Below, in pieces: positions 41,701 to 56,506 of a stretch of 64,000 nt of DNA. Numbering within the stretch: the first letter of the stretch is position 1; each line of letters begins with the position of its first letter. Both the position numbers and the translations under genes were made by a program. The notes beneath the pieces are model-generated. The model was given only the letters and a program-made list of their open reading frames with translations. It ran no database searches and was not told where the DNA came from. The stretch lies in assembly GCA_002269645.1 (NCBI GenBank), contig NIVC01001330.1, positions 248,001 through 312,000 of the forward strand. The letters run 5' to 3'. Origin of the DNA: Macrostomum lignano. Lineage: Eukaryota.

Positions 41701-42930
41701 TAATGTATTCTGGTTTGGAATCTGTCTAAAGATGCTTCAGTTATAAATGACACAGAGACTTCTTCTGTCTGGTTTTAATGGTTTATAACGGAGATTGGAT
41801 CATCTTTTAGATCTAGAGTATATAAACCAATATTGAAGAGTATTTGAAATCTGTCAGTTCCTGAACTCATTTGAGATTAGTAACAATCTGCATCAAACTA
41901 AAATGGATCTGTAATGTATCATACTCAACACCTGCAGGATCAGGCACAGCAGCACCACCACCAGCAGCACCAGCAAGTCAGTCGAGTCTCCGCCTATCCG
42001 GAGCCCGAGCGTAACGTATGCGGCGTCTGCTTCGAGACATTCGACAACCGTTGGGACGACGAGGCCGAAGACTGGATGCTGCTGGACTGCGTGCGGCTAC
42101 CCGACGGCGGGATTTATCATCCCGTGTGCGCCGAGGATGCTGGCAAGGTGCGCGTAGATGAGAATGATGACGATAATAAAGCGTCCGAGCTGCTCACCAA
42201 CCCGGCGGCCGCTCTGATGAACATCCTGCAGCACAGTCGGCCGCAGTCCTCTGCCAGCGTTGAAGCCATGGACGCTGCGGACGCTGAGAAGCCCACTGAG
42301 CTTAAGCTGGAACCTGGTGATGTCGCACCAGCTGCCTCTGAGGCTGCCGCCGAGTTCAAAGTCGAACCCCAGGATCCCGAATCTGAGGCTGATCACGGAC
42401 CGGCTGATGACGATGCTCATACACCGGTTCATGACGATGCTCATACACCGGCTGATGACGGTGGTCATAAACCGGCTGGTGACGATGCTCATACACCGGT
42501 TCATGACGATGCTCATACACCGGCTAATGACGATGCTCATACACCGGCTGATGACGATGGTCATGCACCAACTCATGACAATGCTCATACACCGGCTGAT
42601 GACGATGGTCATGCACCAACTAGTGAGGATGCTCATAAACCAACTGGTGACGATGCTCATACACCGGCTGATGACGGTAGTCATGAACCAACTGGTGACG
42701 ATGCTCATACACCGGCTGATGACGATAGTCATAAACCAACTAGTGACGATGCTCATACACCGGCTGATGACGATGGTCATACACCGGCTAATGACGATGG
42801 TCATAAATCAACTTATGTCAATGCTCATACACCGGATAATGACGATGGTCATGCACCAACTAGTGAAGATGCTCATAAACTGGCTGATGACGATGCTCAT
42901 GGACCCGGTGATCCAGACGCAAGCAATTAA
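35791..42930 (+). CDS. PCF11: Pre-mRNA cleavage complex II protein PCF11 (CID domain, two Zn fingers), 5 exons
   Basis: Exons 35791-36009, 36343-36993, 38889-39392, 39828-40847, 41938-42930 (all phase 0, GT-AG). CID motif KLAHLYLMDSIVKN...LFELRKTW...IDPAWP; ZnF1 LYEGYQCPQCGLRF...HLDWHY...SRNWF; ZnF2 CGVCFETF...WDDEAEDW...IYHPVC. Confidence 0.92.
38040..38700. repeat. Degenerate ~50-bp minisatellite, PCF11 intron 2
   Basis: Core aggaaactaaaattaggatt...aatcg..cttagtgt. Confidence 0.8.
39485..39730. repeat. 23-bp minisatellite (gcccctagactaccacaagaatc), PCF11 intron 3
   Basis: Direct tandem repeats. Confidence 0.85.
40870..41700. repeat. ggatta-based 21-bp/35-bp minisatellite, PCF11 intron 4
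   Basis: Unit gaggattaaggattaggattc. Confidence 0.9.
42403..42906 (+). repeat. Coding 24-bp repeat: 21 Asp/His-rich octapeptides (consensus xDDDAHTP) in the PCF11 last exon
   Basis: In frame within ORF 41914-42930, downstream of ZnF2. Confidence 0.85.
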
Positions 42931-44414
42931 GCCGTCAACTCTGCCTTCCGCTTGTGGCTGCAGCATCGAAATGCGTTTTAATTTGGAGATTAACACAAAC
43001 TCCTGCAAATGTTTTAAAATTCTAAAAATAGAATCGTTAATAAATCCTGCACAGCTGGTAGCTTTCATCGTATATCTTGTTTTATTTTTCAATCATACCA
43101 ACATGCTATTGATGTTAATAATAGTAGTATCACTCAGCTATCATTCACTTTGCCTTCTTCGTTTGCCTGTGTGTCAACTTGAAAAAAACAAAGATTAAAA
43201 AAGTTGCATTATTAAATCTGTGTTCTTGCTGTTGTGAAAATTTGTCCTAAATCTGACCTAATTAATAATAATAAATTAGCCTTAATGCATATAAAGCCTG
43301 CATTTGTCATGAGTAAATAATTCCTTGCTTATAAGATAAAAATCCTATTTCATATATAATACGTAGTTCATCATACTTTAGTAAATTTGCAAGCTTCTCA
43401 TTTCAAGACAAAAAGAGTTTGAGAATAAAAAATTGTTAATATTCCTGCCTTCTGTCAGCTTCTTTCTCAGACAAATTATATTCATGTTCAATAATAATTA
43501 CGGTTTTTGTTTTAAATAGATAAATTTCCAAGGAATCAGTGCTACAGGAAGCAGCACTCGTCCTTTCTAGGCTGCCCTCATTACACAGTTATTTGAATTC
43601 TGTAATTTAATTATAAAATGTTATTTAGAAATATTTTCCCGTTGTTTTGGTGACTATTTGTTTATTTAAATCTATTATTATTTTTAATCACTCGATGTTA
43701 AATAGCCAACGTGTGTCATCTGTGCGTCATGTGTAAACTATTTCGGCTGTACTCTTGGAATAGTTAATAAACTGGACAAACAAACAAAAAATGATTTCTG
43801 TGTTGTTTATTTATTATTCAATTTGCGCTAAGTAAAATGTCTTTTGAAATATCTTACCTTAAGCTTTTTTACACTTGGTGCGATTACTACTTATATTGCT
43901 ACTTAAAGTAGACAAATTAGGACACTTAAGTACATGAAATCGAAGCCAAATAATCAGTGGAATTGCAAAATCTTACAAAACAGCATGGAGTGAAGAATTT
44001 GATACAAAGGCGATTCTGTGTTCTAGTAATTAAATTCTCTCAAATTGATTAAAATGATTGTCATCCGAAGTGATTATAAGACTCGATCTATCGCATCTCA
44101 TCAATTTGAGATTCAATTATCCGTAGAAGTGGGATTTTCGTCATAGATCCATCCAAATTAGGTTTTTTTCAACCTCCCCGTGGCGACTATTTCAACTAAT
44201 TATATTCTGATTAAAAATTGCTAATTAGGATTATGATACAGCTGCACCTGTGTTTGATCAAAATTTTTATGAAGACTTAAATTTTTTCCAAACCAGAGCT
44301 ACTTGCAGTTTATTAGCCAGTTTTAATAATGATTCTATTGATGTTTGTGTACCAGCAGTATCAGATTACTGATTCCTGTTTACCATTTTATAGTAGAACA
44401 TCAAATATCCTGTC

Positions 44415-45460
<1,046 letters not shown>

Positions 45461-46444
45461 TGTCTGTCTTCTGTCTTATTGTCTTCCTTAGTGTCGACGT
45501 CTATTTTAGTGTGTCTTATAGCTTCTGTCTTTCTAAGAACCTAAAGAAGTGTCTATTTGAGCAGAAACAAAAGAAACCGTGTGTACTGCAATAATTTGTC
45601 ATTTTTTGTCTCCCACGTTATCAGTGCTCAATTATCAGTGCTCAGTGATCAGTGCTCAGTGATCCCTGGGTTTCAATTCTGGCACAAATAGATATGAGAC
45701 TGGCTGCAGGCAGATGCGATATGTATATGAAAAACAAAATAAACAGCCACTCGGACAGGGAACAGAGTTTTTTCGCCCGACCGCAGTTCTTCCTCTCCGT
45801 GTGATGCAGCTCGCAGCTTCCCAACCCGGCCTCCCCGCGCAGGCTGGGGATCAGTCACGCCAACTTTATGCTCGAGCTGCTCCCAAGCCGGCAGCCAGCA
45901 TCCGTCAGACACAGCAGGCGATGGGGGAAGGTGGTAATCCTCACCTGCCCGTGTAATTACTGCTTCTCAGAATGTCCTCGCCAACTTGGACAGGGCATGG
46001 CGATGGGATCTCAACTCTCCGATGCTTACACCTGAGCTGACCGGGCTGCAAACTGACTGGTTGAGCAGCAGGGATGGACTCGAAACATCTCCTCTCCTGG
46101 CCCAGTGCTCAGCCTCCTCTCTCTCTTTCTTTGAGCAAGTCCGATGCGATATGAGACTCGAAGAGTGGGCTGGAAGCAGTCTGCAAGTCTTGAGCCCCGG
46201 ACACGGCAGGCCTGTCAGTCCCGTTCGCCACGGCAATTCATGAACAGAGAAGTGGAAGCAATCACTGCTGATTGACTGACTGGCCGCGCACTGCAACTCG
46301 ATTAATTAGCAGGTAAAATAAAATATCTGCTGTCCTGGCCTGTGACTAGACTTATCTACTTGTACGAGCTGCACTCAACTATCAAGTCAGTCAGCGGCCC
46401 TAAACTATACAGAGCTGTTCTCCTCACCAATTTACATTGTATCT

Positions 46445-46612
46445 ACCTGTGCCTGAGCAGAAGACACTGACTCACACACAGAGTCCCCACCTGTGCCTGA
46501 GCAGAAGACACTGACTCACACACAGCACCCACCTGTGCCTGAGCAAAAGACACTGACTCACACACAGTACCCACCTGTGCCTGAGCAGAAGACACTGACT
46601 CACACACAGCCC
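46445..46612. repeat. 42-bp minisatellite, ~4 copies, probably in a 5'UTR intron of the 46630 gene
   Basis: Unit cacctgtgcctgagcagaagacactgactcacacacag...; donor-like cag|gtaaaa near 46312 and acceptor ccgcag just before the ATG at 46630. Confidence 0.75.
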
Positions 46613-46629
46613 ACCCCGCCCCGCAGCAA

Positions 46630-47418
46630 ATGGGTCACTGTCTATCAAAGCGCTGGCACCGCAGTCGAGCTCGCAGGCCGAGCTTCAATCCCGAGGAAAA
46701 ATCGGACGACAACAAAGACAGCAGCAGCTGCAGTGGTCGACACCAAGCCAAGGACGTCTCAAAGCCTCACAGCCGAGCGTCAACGCCTGGCATGTCCGAA
46801 AAATTCGATGAGCCGCCCACCGATCAGCCTCGTCGAAGGTCGATGTTGAGCAACTGCTCAGCGACCGGCGACTCGGATAAGCCAGCAGCCGAGGGCAGCT
46901 CCGGTCGTAGGGTATCTTCAGCAGTGCCGCATCGTTGCTACGTGCCGCAGGCGGACCAGCAGCTGCACCAGAGCCAGCACGCTAAGCGCTACCGCCAGAG
47001 ATCCGCGTCGACTCCGGCGGTGCCGAAGTTTAAGCCGAAGTCGGCGTCGCCCTCCTCCTCGGCTACCGGCAAGCGAAAGTCGGCCCGCGATGAGTTGTTC
47101 GGCGAGCTGCCAGAAGGCGCTTCGCCAGCCGCCCGCGAGGAGATCGAATTCCTGCAAGGCCTCGTCAAAGCCGGCCTCCTGCCCGTCAAGTCCTACAAGA
47201 AGATCTCGCTGGAGGTCCTGATGGACGACATGGCGACTTGCAGCGGAGGAGGCTCGGCACCTCCGTCCGAGCTGCCAACGCTTGACGAGGAGGAGTGCGG
47301 AGTCAGCGACGGCGGCGGAGACGGCAGGCTGTCGACCAGCTGCGCGGCAGGCGACGACAGGAAGGGCCGTCGTAGTCATGGCAACGGGAAGAAAGGTCGA
47401 AATTCCTGCGCCAACTGA
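46630..47418 (+). CDS. Hypothetical 262-aa low-complexity protein with N-terminal MGHCLSK (putative myristoylation/palmitoylation)
   Basis: Uninterrupted 789-bp GC-rich ORF with host-like codon usage; no family recognised. Confidence 0.65.
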   Translation: MGHCLSKRWHRSRARRPSFNPEEKSDDNKDSSSCSGRHQAKDVSKPHSRASTPGMSEKFDEPPTDQPRRRSMLSNCSATGDSDKPAAEGSSGRRVSSAVPHRCYVPQADQQLHQSQHAKRYRQRSASTPAVPKFKPKSASPSSSATGKRKSARDELFGELPEGASPAAREEIEFLQGLVKAGLLPVKSYKKISLEVLMDDMATCSGGGSAPPSELPTLDEEECGVSDGGGDGRLSTSCAAGDDRKGRRSHGNGKKGRNSCAN

Positions 47419-48049
47419 TGGACAGACTGGAAAGAGGGGGGATGGGATCGACCGCTGTGATTTCATAACTCAATGATGAAGTTACATGTACAAGCTACTA
47501 ATAAGAAACTCGAAAATTATTGCCTGTATCCGGTCTGTGACTGATGAATTTGCATCATTGATACAATTTCCTTATTCAATCTACGAGAAAAGGGGATACA
47601 AGAATGGAAAATAGGAAAAGCCCCTGGGAGACCCGCTACGCTCTCTCCATGCAGTGCATTGCAGGCAGTGGGCAATAGCAGAGATCCTGCTCTGCATGAT
47701 TTCGATTTGCCAAAACAAGATTTGAGCCAAAATAAGTTAATAACTATATGATCAAGTAGAAAGCACGGATTTGGGAAATTAGAAAACAGAAAGAGCCTTG
47801 TCCTTTCATGATGTGCCATGAAGGATTGAGGAAATGAAGGCAGACCTCACATCTCATGGTCTCGGGCTTTCTCTCTGAAGCCATACAATCCTATTTTACC
47901 AATATGCGGGACTTCTCATGACCTGATTGAATGAAATAGGCTTATAGCGCTAATTTTGGAGTTTCATTGGGAAACATCCGATTTTCAGTATCTGTGCATG
48001 CTTCTGCGGAATATTGCTTTGCCAGCTGTTTTGTACTTTTTCATTTAGT

Positions 48050-49195
48050 GAATAGGCGCCAAAGGAGTCAGTGATGGGGCGCCAAAGGAGTCAGTGATGG
48101 GGCGCCAAAGGTGTCAGTGATGGTGCGCCAAAGGTGTCAGTGATGGTGCGCCAAAGGTGTCAGTGATGGTGCGCCAAAGGTGTCAGTGAATAGGCGCCAA
48201 AGGAGTCAGTGATGGTGCGCCAAAGGATTCAGTGATGGTGCGCCAAAGGTGCCAGTGATGGTGCGCCAAAGGTGTCAGTGATGGTGCGCCAAAGTGTCAG
48301 TGATGGTGCGCCAAAGGTGTCAGTGATGGTGCGCCAAAGTGTCAGTGATGGTGCGCCAAAGGTGTCAGTGATAGTGCGCCAAAGGTGTCAGTGATGGTGC
48401 GCAAAAGGATTCAGTGATGGTGCGCCAAAGGAGTCAGTGATGGGGCGCCAAAGGAGTCAGTGATGGGGCGCCAAAGGAGTCAGTGATGGTGCGCCAAAGG
48501 AGTCAGTGATGGGGCGCCAAAGGAGTCAGTGAATAGGCGCCAAAGGAGTCAGTGATGGGGCGCCAAAGGTGTCAGTGATGGTGCGCCAAAGAAGTCAGTG
48601 ATGGTGCTCAAAAGGATTCAGTGATAGGGTGCCAAAGGATTCTGTGATGGGACACCAACTGAGTCAGTGATGGTGCACCAAAGGTGTCAGTGATAGTGCG
48701 CCAAAGGTGTCAGTGATAGTGCGCCAAAGGTGTCAGTGATGGTGCGCAAAAGGATTCAGTGATGGTGCGCCAAAGGAGTCAGTGATGGGGCGCCAAAGGA
48801 GTCAGTGATGGTGCGCCAAAGGAGTCAGTGATGGGGCGCCAAAGGAGTCAGTGAATAGGCGCCAAAGGAGTCAGTGATGGGGCGCCAAAGGTGTCAGTGA
48901 TGGTGCGCCAAAGAAGTCAGTGATGGTGCTCAAAAGGATTCAGTGATAGGGTGCCAAAGGATTCTGTGATGGGACACCAACTGAGTCAGTGATGGTGCAC
49001 CAAAGGAGTCAGTGATGGGGCGCCAATTGATTCAATGATGGGGCGCCAATGGAGACTCAGTGATGGGGCGCCAATGGAGACTCAGTGATGGGGCGCCAAT
49101 GGAGACTCAGTAATGGGGCACCAATGGAGACTCAGTGATGGGGCGCCAAAAAAGTCTGCGATGGGGCGCCAAAGGATTCTGTGATGGGGGCGCGA
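48050..49195. repeat. 23-bp minisatellite (gcgccaaaggagtcagtgatggt), ~48 copies
   Basis: Direct tandem repeats. Confidence 0.95.
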
Positions 49196-49959
49196 GGTGC
49201 CATATCCAATGATTTTGGAAGCTGAAAAGTTTTTCTATTTTTCTCGCATAAAAAAAACACCGTAAACAAGAATTTTCAGTCAAATCCGGTAAATTGATGG
49301 TGACGTCTTGACAATCAGAATGTGCGGCGAATTGACAAGTGTTTCTATTCCTGTTGCCATGACAACCAAGCAGACCGCTAAAAATACGATGAATAGAAAT
49401 TGGAATTCAATCAACCGCTACTAAAGACAAAACTGAGTCTGAGTTTGGCAGGAAAATTTCTGTGACAAAAAATCTGTCAGAGCCTCATCCCCAGGAATAA
49501 AAGCTCCCAGGAAGCTGCACCAGGAAGCTGGAGAAAGAGATTTCATTGTCTTTATTCAATTCAGGCCTGATGCGAGCTGCCACTGGGAGAAAATGCTTAT
49601 ATAAAATCAATGACAATATTTTTCACCTAAATTTGTGAGACGCTGGCGACCAAGAGATATTTCTGTTTCTAGAGAGACTTTCTGTCTGAACTTTGAGTCG
49701 CGATCGTAAGCTGGTGAGTTGCTTTAAGAAGATTCTAAGAAGATTAGAAACTGCGCTGCTTTTTCTATGAAAAAAATAGCTTGATTTTTTTGTATTTTAG
49801 ATCGTGGATCTTAGACTTTTAGTTCAGTTAGAGTGCAGACTGTAGCAATACATGCAGATGTGGATACTGCATATGGCTAGACAATTAAAAAAAATGACAC
49901 ACTTTAGAACAAGGTGACACTGCAAAACAATGTGAGACACTCTAAGACTGAGTGACACC

Positions 49960-50745
49960 TCTTAGAAAGGGTGACACACTTTTGGATAATGTGACACAGT
50001 CTTAGACAGGGTGACTCACTCGTAGACAGGGTGACACAGTCTTAGACAGGGTGACTCACTCGTAGACAGGGTGACACAGTCTTAGACAGGGTGACTCACT
50101 CGTAGACAGGGTGACACAGTCTTAGACAGGGTGACTCACTCTAGACAGGGTGACTCCCTCTTAGAAAGGGTGACTCACTCTTAGACAGGGTGACTCACTC
50201 TTAAACAGGGTGACACACTCTTAGAAAGGGTGACACACTCTTAGACAGGGTGACTCACTCTTAGACAGGGTGACTCCCTCGTAGACAGGGTGACTCAATC
50301 TTAGCCAGGGTGACTCACTCTTAGACAGGGTGAATCACTCTTAGACAGGGTGACTCAATCTTAGCCAGGGTGACTCACTCTTAGACAGGGTGAATCACTC
50401 TTAGACAGGGTGACTCAATCTTAGCCAGGGTGACTCACTCTTAGACATGATGACACACTCTTAGACAGGGTGACTCACTCTTAGACAGGGTGACTCACTC
50501 TTAGACAGGGTGACTCACTCTTAGACATGATGACACACTCTTAGACAGGGTGACTCACTCTTAGACAGGGTGACTCACTCTTAGACATGATGACACACTC
50601 TTAGCCAGGGTGACTCACTCTTAGACAGGGTGGCTCACTCTTAGACGGGGTGACACTCTTGGATAATGTGACACAGTCTTAGACAGAGTGACACAGTCTT
50701 AGACAGAGTGACACACTCTTAGACAGGGTGACACACTTGAAGACA
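49960..50745. repeat. 20-bp minisatellite (tgactcactcttagacaggg), ~38 copies
   Basis: Direct tandem repeats, between a donor-like site (ctg|gtgagt, 49714) and the lectin ATG. Confidence 0.95.
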
Positions 50746-50851
50746 GGGGGACATCTACACCTTGTGAACTTCAGGTGTTTTGAAATTTTGGCCTTTTGAA
50801 TCTCCTCCCCAGCCTAACAGACCTCAGCTGAGAGCTCAAACAAGCACCCAG

Positions 50852-53528
50852 ATGGCTTCGCTAGCTTTGCTCTGTTGGCAGTTGGCAATGCTTGCCGTCA
50901 CTGCCCAGAGCTCTCTTCCTATGTCAACCAGCGGTCAGTTCCTTCGCCGAGAAGTCGGCAACTGCCATCCGTGGCCGTCGGCTCTGAAGATACTGCAGGA
51001 AATCCAACAGCAACCGATGGATTGCGTGAAGCTGTGCTCTGCCGTCTCTGGCGTCAGCGTGGTCCAGGTGCAGACGCAGGTTAACGGCGGCTTCCAGTGC
51101 GAGTGCTTCACTGGTGACATCCAGTACACGGAGCCGAGAGCCGGCTGCCAGCGATGGAAGCTCACTGACTATGCCTTGACGCCTGCGGAGATGGTGAGGA
51201 AAACTGTGGGTCTGGTGGGAGGTTGTGGGTCTGGTGGGAGATTGTGAGTCTGGTGAGAGATTTGGGTCTGGTGGGGAGATTTGGGTCTGGTGGGGAGATG
51301 TGGGTCTGGTGGGGAGATTGTGGGTCTGGTGGGGAGATTGTGGGTCTGGTGCGAGATTTGGGTCTGGTGGGGAGATTGTGGGTCAGGTGGGGAGATTGTA
51401 GGTCTGGTGGGGAGATTGGGGTCTGGTGGGGAGATTGGGGGTCTGGTGGGGAGATTGGGGGTCTGGTGGGGAGATTGTGAGTCTGGTGGGGAGATTGTGG
51501 GTCTGGTGGGAGATTGTTGGTCTGGTGGGGAGATTTTGGGTCTAGTGAGGTGTTTATAGTTTCAGTGTGTGTTTATCGGTCTAGTGGGGTGTTTATGGAT
51601 CCAGTGGGGTGTTTATGGGTCTAGTGGGGTGTTTATGGATCCAGTGGGGTGTTTATGGGTCTAGTGGGGTGTTTATGGATCCAGTGGGGTGTTTATGGGT
51701 CTAATGGGGTGTTTATTGATCTAATGATCTGCTTACATGTATAGCGGATGTAGCTTACTGCAGAACCACTCAAGTAGGTAAACGCGACGGTACCTCAGAG
51801 GAGCACGGCATAGTTGCTAATTAACAGGACTGAACACAATCTCAAGTTATGTTAAATCTCTTAGGTCACGCGCATTAGTCACGCAAAAAATCCACGAAAA
51901 TATCCACCTCAGGAAAGCTGGACAAATCTCTCGCCACACTGGCATCCGGTACGGCTCAGCAATCAGCTTCTGTTTGTCGCCACTGATGCCCTCTCGAGTG
52001 CCGCGGCCGCGTCAACTGCCTGCGCTTCCGCTGTACCCGGTGCCCGCCTGCTGGCGGTGAACAGTCTGCAGGATCTGGTTAATCTGCAGGTACGGTATTG
52101 ATCTGCGTGTGGAGTTTCTCTCTGAGAGAGGGTTCCACTGGCTGTCAGAGAGAGGGTTCCACTGGCTGTCAGAGAGAGGGTTCCACTGGCTGTCAGAGAG
52201 AGGGTTCCACTGGCTGTCAGAGAGAGGGTTCCACTGGCTGTCAGAGAGAGGGTTCCACTGGCTGTCAGAGAGAGAGAGAGAGAGAGAGGGTTCCACTTGC
52301 TGTCAGAGAGAGGGTTCCACTTGCTGTCAGAGAGAGGGTTCCACTGGCTGTCAGAGAGAGGGTTCCACTAGCTGACAGAGAGAATTAAAATGCCATACAA
52401 AGGCACGAAAATATGAAAAACACTGTTGTGCTGTTTACGATACTTAAAGATAGGCTGTGGACTTCAAACAGTTATGCTGAATAAATAAGCATATCTGCCC
52501 GTCATACTACTGACAAAGTGTTTAATCAGTAGCCCAAGTAGCATCTCGAAAACTCAGGATTTCAACTCGTGTCTGATCCCTTCCAGAACTATCTCTCCCA
52601 TCGTCTGCGTGCCCTGATCCTGCTGAACGCCTCCTTCTGGATCGACAACCAGTTCAAGCCGGGTCCAGCCGGCCAGTGTCACGTGATCGGCCCAGACGGC
52701 TCTCTGAGTAGCTTGAGCAGCTGTAACGGAGCCACCCTGCATCCAGTTTGCCAGTTGGACCTCTGCTTTCCTGACAACTCATCCAGTAGCAGCGTTGCTT
52801 CAACGGGTGAACAGCTGATGGCTTTTGTCCGCAGGAACGGCTCTCTCGTCTGCCTGAGGTTCGACTTGACGCCCGAGTTTCTGGCCAGCGACTTGTGCGG
52901 AGGCAGCGCCGGGCTGGTGAAGCTGAACTCCGATCTCGCCTTCGCTCAGGTTAAGGATGCTGTGCTGGCTAATGAGAATCGTAAGTGATTGACTTCATTG
53001 TTATTTTAAACTCTTAGTTAGGCACCTGAGAGATGAGAAATTGGAATCTCGGCTTGGCTCTGCTCGTGCAATCAACTCCCTTATGGGCCAACCCCCAAGG
53101 CCCAGTGAAGTGTACATGCCTAACGATAAATAAAGTTAGGGCTGCTGTACACTCCTGTGTGAGTGTGTGCCTGTGCGTATGACTGCGTCGACGAAATGGG
53201 TGGCAATGCCTCTCACCGGTTGTGCGACAATGTCGCTTAAAGTACACCAGGGTGCACACGGGACCCCCCTACCTCGCGCACTGCAGTTCGCAACCAGTCC
53301 CTGTGGATCGCCGGTCCCTCCCTGGTGCCGCTGATCACCACCCGAACCGGCATCGGCAGCGGCTGCGTTCAGCTGCGCCTCAGCGACGACTCGGGTGCGT
53401 TCGATGCGACGTCGATCAGCTCTGCTGGCTGCAGCAGCTCCTCTGCGATGCGCGTCTGCGAGCAGACGGTGGCGACTCAACCTGATGACTCCATCCTGCC
53501 GGTTGGTTTGATTGAACTGTTTGTTTGA
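50852..53528 (+). CDS. Secreted protein: signal peptide, PAN/apple-like Cys domain, two C-type-lectin-like domains
   Basis: Exons 50852-51193, 51913-52089, 52587-52980, 53287-53528 (or 53501 if gttggt at 53502 is a donor). Hydrophobic N-terminus MASLALLCWQLAMLAVTAQS; C-x3-C...CxC module; CTLD-like motifs AxxACxxxxxGARLLAVNS, FWID...C...SC...VCQ and second LWIAG...CV...GC...VCE. Confidence 0.65.
51205..51720. repeat. Two adjacent 20-bp minisatellites (gggtctggtggggagattgt; ctagtggggtgtttatgggt), lectin intron
   Basis: Direct tandem repeats. Confidence 0.9.
52120..52382. repeat. 24-bp minisatellite (gagagagggttccactggctgtca), ~10 copies; inverted relative of the 53660-55850 array
   Basis: Direct tandem repeats; last unit is an exact reverse complement of the downstream unit. 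Confidence 0.9.
53037..53270. mobile_element. Dispersed ~240-bp repeat, copy 2 (same family and orientation as 5935-6180)
   Basis: Shared sequence blocks with 5935-6180. Confidence 0.6.
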
Positions 53529-53659
53529 ATATTCTACTGTTACTATTGATTGAATTCCTTATAAGTAGTTTTTAAAGAACTTATTTATAATAATCAACAG
53601 TCTATCATCAAACATGACAGTGCTAAGCGATTTCTCTATGTCTGCTAGTAAAACCATTC

Positions 53660-55850
<2,191 letters not shown>

Positions 55851-56118
55851 AGTAGTATAGAAAAAGACGCTTCTAGACCCAGAGCACTTTTTTAATGACC
55901 GTTTTAAGGGTCTAGAGGGGGGACACGGGGGGTAAATAAAAAAACACATCTAAACACCATTAATACATCTAATCACCCATAATCACCCCTAACAATAAAA
56001 ATCACTTCCCAACACTTCCAAACACTCCCCAACACCCCCCTCGCGTCCCCCCTCTTAAGACCTTAAAAACGGCCATTAAAATAAGGTCTGATCTGTAAGC
56101 GTCTTTTTCTATACTACT
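55851..56118. repeat. Terminal imperfect palindrome (~85-bp arms) at the Polinton left end
   Basis: agtagtatagaaaaagacgct (55851-55871) is an exact reverse complement of 56098-56118; similarity extends to ~55935 / ~56035. Confidence 0.9.
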
Positions 56119-56175
56119 ACTCTATAACCCCTTGCCCGCGCCGCAGGCGCGAAGGGTCTTTTTCTGTTACTAAAA

Positions 56176-56490
56176 ATGACCCGAGTTTACACCTTTTCTG
56201 TTAGTGATACTTTTGAGACTGTTGCTAAAAATGCAGAGATAATAAAACAACATATTTTGAATGGAATAATTGATGAAGTTTATTTAAAATATGACGACAA
56301 GCATGACCTAAAGCTTTATCCATTAGAGCTAGATGAGATGTATGATTTAGAACAAGAGGGTGAGTTAATATTTCAACTTGGAGATTATTTAAATTCGGAT
56401 GATTGGGAGGTTAGATCAACAGATTCCGAATCAACAAATAGTTCATATGAAACCAGTGATTCAGAGAATGAAAGTGAAATTTTTATGTGA
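56176..56490 (+). CDS. Polinton hypothetical acidic protein, 104 aa
   Basis: Open ORF with AAAAATG start; very Asp/Glu-rich C-terminus. Confidence 0.6.
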   Translation: MTRVYTFSVSDTFETVAKNAEIIKQHILNGIIDEVYLKYDDKHDLKLYPLELDEMYDLEQEGELIFQLGDYLNSDDWEVRSTDSESTNSSYETSDSENESEIFM

Positions 56491-56506
56491 AAAAAATATT
56501 TAAAAA

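Noticed and set aside
42097-43198. Met/Ile-rich ORFs overlapping the PCF11 tail
   Set aside because: Alternative-frame and antisense readings of the 24-bp coding repeat
55851-56118. Stand-alone MITE
   Set aside because: No target-site duplication, and the right side continues directly into Polinton genes
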